Of a DNA stretch of 64,000 nucleotides, positions 56,734-64,000 are shown piece after piece. The number at the start of each line of letters is the position of its first letter. The stretch's first letter is position 1. Where the stretch lies: the IMG/VR virus record IMGVR_UViG_3300029171_000004, one strand, 5' to 3'. The DNA is from a virus. A program made the translations under genes and the position numbers. The notes beneath the pieces were generated by a model that ran no database searches, was not told the origin of the DNA, and saw only the letters and a list, made by a program, of their open reading frames with translations.

Positions 56734-59700
56734 AAAATGTTGATTGATGTGATGCCAGCCTTAGGGTTCTTATCTAACGCCTCTTGGGTAAGGCCAGTTT
56801 TCACCTTAGTTACTTCTATTATGTTGTCAGCAAAATCTTTAATCTCGCTTCTATGTGTTATCACAATCACGTTTTTGTGTTTATTCTTTAAATAGTTTAA
56901 AATGTTAATAATTTCAAATGTGAGCTCATCATCCAGGGTTCCAAAACCCTCATCAATGATGCATAAAGAAGGTTTTGTGAGGCTACTAATATAGTGTAGT
57001 GAATCTTTGATTGCGATGGTGGACACAAATTTTTGGGCCCCAGACGCAAATGAAAGTGGCAACATATCAGATTTGTCATCGTTGAAATAAAACGTTTCTA
57101 CGATGTCTCCGTTTTCTAAAATAGAAAGTTCCAATCTAAAATCTACGGCTTGTTGCAAAATAGTATTGATTCTGTGGTTAATCAAAGGTAGTTTTTTCCT
57201 AATAATCAGAGCTGGAATACCATCCCTATGCATAGCTTGTAGGTATATAGAATACTTTCTAAATTTCTTTTCGTACTCACTTATATCTATTAGTTTCTGC
57301 TTGTAATTTTCAATGTTATTTTCAATAACCTTTAATTCTCCAAACAAAATTGTTGCTTGCTTGTCCATGTTGTATACAGTAATCTTGTAAGCTTTGGATA
57401 GTTCTGCTTTTTCATCAATTCGTTCTTGAATATCGGCATTCTTTTCTTTTTTAGATTCGTTGTCTTTAATTTTAGACACCATATCTTCATATTTTTTAAG
57501 CTGCGACTTAAAATCATCCAACTTGTTTTTGGCTATTGTTAAAGCATTTGATTTATTGTCTACATCAGTATTGTGTTTAATTATATCAGCAGATTTTAAA
57601 ACAATTTCAAGTTTCTCTTTTAAAGATTTTATTTTATCCAACCTATTCTCAATGCCCTGTTTTATATTGACAAGCTTATCAATATTGTTTTGATATGTTG
57701 TGTTGTGAGTTTGGTTTTCCTTGTTTTTTTTGATTCTATCTTTTTTGTGTAATAACAATTCTTTAGATATTCGAATATCCTCCAAACACTCTTCTTCTTT
57801 GTGTGGATCAGCTTTTTGCTGTACACTTCCACAGGTGGGGCAATTCTTTCCCTTGTAGGTTATTAACTGACCTTCTAAAGTTGTAATTTTTGCCCCAAGC
57901 TCTTCAATGCTTTTTTCATATTGATAAATAACATTGTCACTTTCAACTGGAAGTATTTGTTTAGAATTAATCCAAGACTCAAGCTCTAACTTATTTGTTT
58001 CTTCTCTTTTTAAAGCTGCTTGTTCTGAAGAAATTTGAGATGTGATTTGACTCTCAGATAAAGAGCCATCAAACGGAAGTTCCTTTTTAAAGTTTTTAGA
58101 CAACCAATCGTTCAGCTCATCTATTTCTTTAACTTTTATTTCTATGTCTGATTTACACTGATTTATTTTATAAGTAACAGTGCCTATATCTTGTATCTCA
58201 ACAGGTTCAAGTTTCTCAAGTTTCTTTGTAAGGTTTAAAATTTCAACATCTACATTTTCTTTGTTTTGCGTTGCTTTGTTTTTTTCCGCAACACAATCTT
58301 CGTAATTTTTGTTTTTGGAATCTCTGTCAATTGTAAGAGCTCTTATTTTGTCTTCTATAGCTGGTTTGTCACCTAATTCTTTCTGTTTTTTCTTTACTTC
58401 GTTGAACTCTTCTTTCCTATATTCGTACCTATCTTTGTAGGCCTCTAATCCCATATACTTGCTTACAAGATTGTTTTTTGGTTGTTGAGACATGCTGAGA
58501 TAATCATCTTTTCCGCCTTGTGTTTGCAAAGATGTTTTAGTAAAATCATCAAATGTTCCGATTGCGTTTTCAATTAATTTTCCAACTTCATTTTTTTCAG
58601 CTGTAGCAGAATCAGATTTTTCGTTTTCCCATTTTTCGTTTTCTAAGTTTCCCTCTTCGTCATATTCCATCTCAAGAGACTTGTATGAAATACCATAACT
58701 ATTAGATGTGCCGCCATCTTTTTTTACAGTGGTTTTCACAGTTCTTTCGATGAGGTATTTTTTACCATCAATTGTGATCCAAAGTTTTACATAACCCTTG
58801 TTTGAATCTGTGTAAATATTTACCACATATTTTGGAGAATTCATATCTCCTCCCAAAATTTCTTTAAATAATCCCCAAACGAGAACTTTAATTAAATTGG
58901 ATTTACCGTTATAATTCTTGCCAAAGATTCCAGTAAGACCACCAAGTAAATCGAAGTCAATAGTAATTGGTTTTATGGGTAAAGAAAAAATATTGCTTAC
59001 TTCCATTTTATTTAATTCCCATCTAAAACTATCATGTCTTATTTCATTAAGTTCTAACTCGGCATTTGTGTCTCTGTGTAGTTTTAAAATATCAGCCAAT
59101 TCTTCATCTGTGCAATTGTAGTCTCCTGTAGATAAAAATTCTTTCAAATATTCTTCACTTTCTTTAATATCTTCACTTTCATCTTCGGTGATTACAATTT
59201 CTTTTGGCATAGCTTCAAACTGTACCTTTACAACTTCGCAACCATATTTATCCTTTACAAGACGACCAATTTGATTTTCTTTTTCTTGAGAAAAGTTTTC
59301 TTCATAATCCTCCCAAATAATGTATACCTTAGTTTTCTTTTTATTGCTACTGAATTTTATATGTTCAATTCTTTCTTCAAATTTTTCACCCTTGGCAATA
59401 TTTAATTTTGCAAAACCATAATCATTTGGCACAAACTTTCTTTCGTGGGTTTTATTTTCTACATCCCATAACAGATAACCCTTATCTACAGACTCACCAT
59501 AATTCTGTTGAATTAAGGAACCACAATAAGCCATAGATTCATCCTCACGAAATGTTTGATATTCGTGGATGTCACCCATCATAACAATATCAAAATTGTT
59601 AAATATGGTTGGCTTCCAGTGGGTATCAGTTTGTATGATTAACCCATTGTCTCCTCTCGCTCCGTTTATTTGACCATGAAATAAAGCTACATAATTTACA

Positions 59701-60194
59701 CCTGGTTGTTTTTCTTCTAATGTAAGAATTTTGTTATCTTTCATCGAGAATACACCATATACAAAGTTGTCCGCAATTTTATAAAAACCACTATCTGGAT
59801 AATAATAAATTGCTTTTTTATTATAATCTATTGTGTCTTTATTTTCTGAATTTATAATGTATGCGCTTTTATTCTCGTGTGTTTCTATAAGATTGGTAAG
59901 GTTAAAAATTGGGCTAATAGAGTCACCTTGTTCCAACTGCTGTAAATTCATGTCGTGGTTACCAAGAATAACATCCGTTGGAGCAACTCTTGATAGACCG
60001 ATAAGTAACTCTGAAATAAGATTAAATGATCCTGGTGAAATATTAATCTTGTGGTGACTAATATCACCAGCTACAACAATCCTGTCAGGCTTAATCTTAT
60101 GTAAGTCTTCGATCAGTTTTTTAAATACAGCTCTGTATTCATCATGTCTTGATCCAAATCTAACTTGTATATCTGCTAAGTGCGCAATTTTCAT
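56730..60194 (-). CDS. SbcD(Mre11)-SbcC(Rad50) fusion nuclease-ATPase
   Basis: AHLADIQ, VAGDI, LGNHD, GDIH; GKNYNGKS, CPTC hook, ASGAQ, IIDEGFGTLD, ITHR in one ORF. Confidence 0.9.
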   Translation of the reverse strand: MKIAHLADIQVRFGSRHDEYRAVFKKLIEDLHKIKPDRIVVAGDISHHKINISPGSFNLISELLIGLSRVAPTDVILGNHDMNLQQLEQGDSISPIFNLTNLIETHENKSAYIINSENKDTIDYNKKAIYYYPDSGFYKIADNFVYGVFSMKDNKILTLEEKQPGVNYVALFHGQINGARGDNGLIIQTDTHWKPTIFNNFDIVMMGDIHEYQTFREDESMAYCGSLIQQNYGESVDKGYLLWDVENKTHERKFVPNDYGFAKLNIAKGEKFEERIEHIKFSSNKKKTKVYIIWEDYEENFSQEKENQIGRLVKDKYGCEVVKVQFEAMPKEIVITEDESEDIKESEEYLKEFLSTGDYNCTDEELADILKLHRDTNAELELNEIRHDSFRWELNKMEVSNIFSLPIKPITIDFDLLGGLTGIFGKNYNGKSNLIKVLVWGLFKEILGGDMNSPKYVVNIYTDSNKGYVKLWITIDGKKYLIERTVKTTVKKDGGTSNSYGISYKSLEMEYDEEGNLENEKWENEKSDSATAEKNEVGKLIENAIGTFDDFTKTSLQTQGGKDDYLSMSQQPKNNLVSKYMGLEAYKDRYEYRKEEFNEVKKKQKELGDKPAIEDKIRALTIDRDSKNKNYEDCVAEKNKATQNKENVDVEILNLTKKLEKLEPVEIQDIGTVTYKINQCKSDIEIKVKEIDELNDWLSKNFKKELPFDGSLSESQITSQISSEQAALKREETNKLELESWINSKQILPVESDNVIYQYEKSIEELGAKITTLEGQLITYKGKNCPTCGSVQQKADPHKEEECLEDIRISKELLLHKKDRIKKNKENQTHNTTYQNNIDKLVNIKQGIENRLDKIKSLKEKLEIVLKSADIIKHNTDVDNKSNALTIAKNKLDDFKSQLKKYEDMVSKIKDNESKKEKNADIQERIDEKAELSKAYKITVYNMDKQATILFGELKVIENNIENYKQKLIDISEYEKKFRKYSIYLQAMHRDGIPALIIRKKLPLINHRINTILQQAVDFRLELSILENGDIVETFYFNDDKSDMLPLSFASGAQKFVSTIAIKDSLHYISSLTKPSLCIIDEGFGTLDDELTFEIINILNYLKNKHKNVIVITHRSEIKDFADNIIEVTKVKTGLTQEALDKNPKAGITSINIL

Positions 60195-60202
60195 GTGTGG
60201 TA

Positions 60203-60505
60203 TTAATCTTTAATTTGTTGATTCAATAATAATTTTAAGCGAGAGTTTTCTTCAACCAATTCTTTGATTCTTTTTGTTGGTTCTGCAGCAGCTCCAGCGC
60301 CAGCCCAAATAGAGACAATTTGATGTTCTTTTCCATCTTCTGGATGAATAAAAGCTATGTGTGTCATCATGTGTCTATCTTCGTGTGAAACTTTTAAGAT
60401 TAATTCAAATAAATCAGCCAACATTTTAAATGTATGCTGTTGAAATACTTTTGGGTTTTTATAAGCGAAATACCCTATTTTTATAGCGTTTAAAATTCTT
60501 TTCAT
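60203..60505 (-). CDS. hypothetical protein
   Basis: 100 aa ORF. Confidence 0.6.
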   Translation of the reverse strand: MKRILNAIKIGYFAYKNPKVFQQHTFKMLADLFELILKVSHEDRHMMTHIAFIHPEDGKEHQIVSIWAGAGAAAEPTKRIKELVEENSRLKLLLNQQIKD

Positions 60506-60515
60506 GTGTGTTGTA

Positions 60516-60839
60516 TTAATTGGTAAACATCATTTTGACTTCATTGTTAAATTCTGGATAATCATCAAAGAATAAATTTAACAATTTGTGGAATTCGTTT
60601 TCTATGTTTTCGTGTTTAGAAAAATGTACATAGGCACCTCCACCACAAAAACTATCGCACATATAAGGCCTCCAAATTTTTGAGTGAAACGATGCGTTAT
60701 CATATCCGTGTTGCCTACAATAATCTTGGAAATCAGTTGTGTCAATAATTACATGAGGGCTAATGCCTTTGTTTTTAAGCGATGCATAGTTTTCTGGACT
60801 CATATTTTTAGTTTTTAGATATTTTGGGACCAAATCCAT
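60516..60839 (-). CDS. hypothetical protein
   Basis: 107 aa ORF. Confidence 0.55.
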   Translation of the reverse strand: MDLVPKYLKTKNMSPENYASLKNKGISPHVIIDTTDFQDYCRQHGYDNASFHSKIWRPYMCDSFCGGGAYVHFSKHENIENEFHKLLNLFFDDYPEFNNEVKMMFTN

Positions 60840-61122
60840 TAACCCCTAAAATATATTTAATAAATTGTTCTTGTATAGCTTTATAATTTTCTTCGAACCA
60901 TTTGGATGATTTTGGGTCGTGATTCCAAAACATAAAATTTTCAGTATCTCTTTCTGTTTTTTCCATTTTTGAAACATTTACATCATCTTCAACTTCTTTA
61001 CTCATAGGAACACTAGGCCCTAATTGTACCACCCCATCTTTATTTTTGTATGTATAAAATAATAAAAAATAAGTAAAATCTGTAGCGTTTTTTGCTAATT
61101 GGTATAACTCTTTTGTTGTCAT
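60808..61122 (-). CDS. hypothetical protein
   Basis: 104 aa ORF, 1 nt after primase stop. Confidence 0.6.
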   Translation of the reverse strand: MTTKELYQLAKNATDFTYFLLFYTYKNKDGVVQLGPSVPMSKEVEDDVNVSKMEKTERDTENFMFWNHDPKSSKWFEENYKAIQEQFIKYILGVNGFGPKISKN

Positions 61123-61123
61123 T

Positions 61124-62104
61124 TTATTCGTTTAATATTTTGTTAATTTCAAAAAGAGCATCTACTCTTTTTGGATGTCTCAATATTTCGTTGATTTTTT
61201 CTTGGCCATCGTCTTCAAATGTTTTCGACAAATCATTCTTTCCTCTCATGTCAATAAAATAAACATTTAAACCAAGGGAATTGAGTTGTTTATAAAAATC
61301 AACACCATCTTTAAATGCGTCGGGATCAAGACAAATAATTACCGTTGAATTGTTTTCTAATAATTTTTGTATCAATAAAGGTGATGGGGATTTACCCAAA
61401 AGCGGAATTGAGTTTGGCACCCTATAAGAATCAAATACGCCTTCAACCAAATATACTGGAAGATCCCAGTTGATAAAATATTCGTTATAAATTATGTCAT
61501 GAACATGGGGGGTATCTGGTTTCCAATATGGTCGTTTAGCATCTTTTAAGTATGCCCTGGCTTCATAATAATTTGTTAAACCAGCAGCATTTAAAGAAGG
61601 CATGATTATTCTAAATTTTCTAGGGCCACTTTCAGTATAACCTATTTTATATTTATCAATTTGAGCTAAGCTGATTTTTCTTGTAATTGTTGTATAGTCC
61701 CAGGCTAATTTCCAAAGTTTGGTTTTCTTTTGCTGAGACAATGGCATGTACCCCTCAGGTAATTCACATGTGATAGACGTATAGTCTATCTCTGGTCGCT
61801 TGAATGATTTAAAACTTGCCTGTTCATATTTTGGCAGCAAAAGTTTCAAACGCTCAAGATCTTCTCTGGAGCCGTAATTTTCGACTAAAGAGTACACAAA
61901 ACCACTATACTTACATTTCCAACACTTAAATACTTTAGAATCAGAACGATAAGCTAGGTTAAATTTATGATCTCCTTTACATTTTGGACTAGGGCAGTTA
62001 AACTCCCACTGTAATCTTGTTTCTGCCCCGCTGGAGTGGCGGGGAGATCCAAGAAAATTTTGGATGATGTTGGTGATTAAAAAATTATCTTTTGCGCTAG
62101 CCAT
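61124..62104 (-). CDS. DNA primase (Zn finger + TOPRIM)
   Basis: CPSPKC..CWKC; YLVEGVFDS; ICLDPDA. Confidence 0.85.
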   Translation of the reverse strand: MASAKDNFLITNIIQNFLGSPRHSSGAETRLQWEFNCPSPKCKGDHKFNLAYRSDSKVFKCWKCKYSGFVYSLVENYGSREDLERLKLLLPKYEQASFKSFKRPEIDYTSITCELPEGYMPLSQQKKTKLWKLAWDYTTITRKISLAQIDKYKIGYTESGPRKFRIIMPSLNAAGLTNYYEARAYLKDAKRPYWKPDTPHVHDIIYNEYFINWDLPVYLVEGVFDSYRVPNSIPLLGKSPSPLLIQKLLENNSTVIICLDPDAFKDGVDFYKQLNSLGLNVYFIDMRGKNDLSKTFEDDGQEKINEILRHPKRVDALFEINKILNE

Positions 62105-62155
62105 ACCATGCAAATATAGCTAAAAATCACAACTTTAGCAATAAAAGCTAGACAT

Positions 62156-62356
62156 TTATTCCTGTGGATATGAAACAAAATAATCTGGGTGTTCTCTACG
62201 AAGAATTCGTTGTCCCATAAGGCGCTGCAGAACATGAATTGCGTCTACCCAATCTTGGCGATCAGAAGGGTGTGTAATTGGTAATTTTACATACTCATTA
62301 TGTGTATAAGTTATTAATTCCATCACTATTTTTTCTTCATCTGTAAACGACTTCAT
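62156..62356 (-). CDS. hypothetical protein
   Basis: 66 aa ORF, ATGA-coupled to RuvC-like gene. Confidence 0.6.
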   Translation of the reverse strand: MKSFTDEEKIVMELITYTHNEYVKLPITHPSDRQDWVDAIHVLQRLMGQRILRREHPDYFVSYPQE

Positions 62357-62922
62357 TGCTGTGCTGTTGTTGTTAAGTTTTTTTGTTTATCAATTGTAAT
62401 AAGCATACATAACCCAATTACATAGCTGTCGCATACATCGTAATTTTCATCGAGAAGTTTTCTAGATTTAGGACCGTATTTCCAATCAATCAACGGTTCC
62501 AATTCTTTTACTTTGTTCCAAACTTCATGTTTAATTGAGCCTTCTTTTTCAACCTTCATCGTTGGGAACGCTTCTTTTCTAGCATGATTTACATTGAAAT
62601 AAATTGGCTGTATTTTAAATTCCAAATAAAGGTATGAACTAATCATTCCATTAAAAAAGTTCAAAAGTGCAATTGTTGTTGCTGATGAAAATTTACCCAT
62701 AAACTTTTTAAGGGGCTCTTCAATCGCTATATAAGAAACATTATATTCTTTTAAAAAAGAAATTGCTTTTTTAAACTCTTCTAGCTTTTCAAAAATTGTT
62801 AACTTATCTCCGAATTTTACATAGCTTGCAGTCTCCAATTTACCATCTTCTCTAAATAAAGAATATCCGATGCAGCTAGTCGAAATGTCTAAACCTAAAA
62901 TATGCTTTGTCTTATTTTCCAT
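62353..62922 (-). CDS. RuvC-like Holliday junction resolvase
   Basis: ILGLDISTSCIGY, IAIEEP, DVCDSYVIG. Confidence 0.8.
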   Translation of the reverse strand: MENKTKHILGLDISTSCIGYSLFREDGKLETASYVKFGDKLTIFEKLEEFKKAISFLKEYNVSYIAIEEPLKKFMGKFSSATTIALLNFFNGMISSYLYLEFKIQPIYFNVNHARKEAFPTMKVEKEGSIKHEVWNKVKELEPLIDWKYGPKSRKLLDENYDVCDSYVIGLCMLITIDKQKNLTTTAQQ

Positions 62923-63055
62923 TTTTTTGTTTTGAATAATATATCGAAACAAAATGAAAAAATCAAATTTTCTATTTTTATATAAAATAAAAAAGCCCGT
63001 GGTAAAACCAAGGACTTATTTAAAAAATTTATTTAACTATATGATTATCAATAAT

Positions 63056-63949
63056 TTAGACTTCAATATCAATATTAAACGTGATCAAGTTCGTGAAATT
63101 CTTTTCCACTGGTTCACTCAATTTAGCAACAGCGATCAATTCACTTTTTCTATTATATAGAGCTATCTCTGTAATCCAGATTGAGTCGAAGTTGTTTGTT
63201 TGTGCGTTAAACTCCTGAGCGTTTTTCACAGCATCCCAAGTTGGGTTGTTTGTAAAATAAAACTCACCAGGTAAACCCATACAAATTACAGATGTTTTGT
63301 AGCTTATGCTAATATCTGTAAATGTTGTTTGAGATTTTGAGGTGTCTGTAAAATAAATATCAGTTGTAGCTGATGTGCTTCCTGTGTTTGGTAAGTTTGT
63401 ATAAAGAGTAATACCTTGTGTCCAAGGCATGTTGTCTACAATAGATGGGTGCGTCAAAATCATGTAACCCTTATCTAAACAAGCAATACCGCAAGGTATA
63501 TCATAATTGTATCCCTGATTTGTGTTGTTTGGATAAGAAGAGGTCACTGGAGTAGCATATGTAATAGCGCTTGTTGGCCTTCTGTCGGTATTAATGTCGT
63601 AAAAAATATCAAGATCAGAATATGGAACTGCTGGTGGTCTCAAAGAAAAAGAAGATGTGTTCCATGTAGTGTTTGCGCTTTTAGAAATTGTACCACTGTT
63701 TGTTGTACCAGTATATGGTAAATTTAATTCATCACAAAACAAAAATGCAATATTATGTCCCAAGAACACGTTGCTTTCTTTTTTTTGTAAAGTTGAGTAT
63801 GTACTGGAAACAATTGTTTTAGAACTCATTGATGAGTTGAAAACCTGTGTTTGCGGTACTTTTATTGTAATGCTTCTGCCGTCGATAATTTCATTATAAC
63901 TATCTTTTTCAATAGGCATAATAACAATTCTATCAACATTAATTTGCAA
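63056..63949 (-). CDS. tail/baseplate-type structural protein, probably 5'-truncated at window edge
   Basis: Thr/Asn-rich, C-terminal ITEIALYN..ELIAVAKLSEPVEK. Confidence 0.6.
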   Translation of the reverse strand: MQINVDRIVIMPIEKDSYNEIIDGRSITIKVPQTQVFNSSMSSKTIVSSTYSTLQKKESNVFLGHNIAFLFCDELNLPYTGTTNSGTISKSANTTWNTSSFSLRPPAVPYSDLDIFYDINTDRRPTSAITYATPVTSSYPNNTNQGYNYDIPCGIACLDKGYMILTHPSIVDNMPWTQGITLYTNLPNTGSTSATTDIYFTDTSKSQTTFTDISISYKTSVICMGLPGEFYFTNNPTWDAVKNAQEFNAQTNNFDSIWITEIALYNRKSELIAVAKLSEPVEKNFTNLITFNIDIEV

Positions 63950-64000
63950 TAATTCTGGATTCGCTAAAGCTAATGTGCTACCACTAGATAAATCAGAATA

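Noticed and set aside
1-64000. Numerous short antisense or alternate-frame ORFs in the track (e.g. 1309..1500, 12264..12572, 22068..22499, 25901..26344, 38961..39311)
   Set aside because: They lie wholly within longer motif-bearing genes, lack start context and read as shadow translations
1-64000. CRISPR array, tRNA or rRNA genes
   Set aside because: No regularly spaced repeats or cloverleaf/T-loop signatures seen; intergenic gaps are mostly too short. A tRNAscan-SE run would be definitive
1-64000. Stop-codon reassignment as in some Bacteroidetes phages
   Set aside because: Long enzymes (SbcCD, helicase, PncB, ThyA) are intact in the standard code and coding density is high

Overview
AT-rich fragment of what reads as a large (jumbo-type) lytic phage genome, probably infecting Bacteroidetes. 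The host guess rests on TATATTTG host-type promoters and A-rich, Shine-Dalgarno-free starts. ORFs read through in the standard code. I found no tRNA, rRNA or CRISPR array. Layout: (1) 1-1921, small phage hypotheticals. (2) About 1922-17185, a 15 kb host-like accessory island: DUF2971, PD-(D/E)xK nuclease, XRE regulator, lipoproteins, a HEPN+PIN pair, an HExxH fusion, GIY-YIG-like, DUF2130 and an IS1380 transposase. It is bracketed by two inverted copies of a ~41 bp hairpin element, each followed by a terminator. (3) 17.4-21.3 kb, a deamidated NAD+ synthesis cluster (pncB, Nudix, nadD, nadE). (4) 21.8-26.7 kb, a cREC-CCA fusion and an NTase-2H-HExxH triple fusion. (5) 27.5-31.3 kb, nucleotide metabolism (dNMP kinase, thyA, MazG-like). 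(6) 33-51.7 kb, late-type genes including a metallothionein-like peptide, a spanin-like protein, an ART-like fusion, PcfJ proteins, IF3 with a non-AUG start and an endolysin. (7) 51.7-64 kb, replication/recombination (SNF2 helicase, PD-(D/E)xK exonuclease, SbcD-SbcC fusion, primase, RuvC-like) and a tail/baseplate-type gene. All family calls come from motif recognition by eye; no searches were run.
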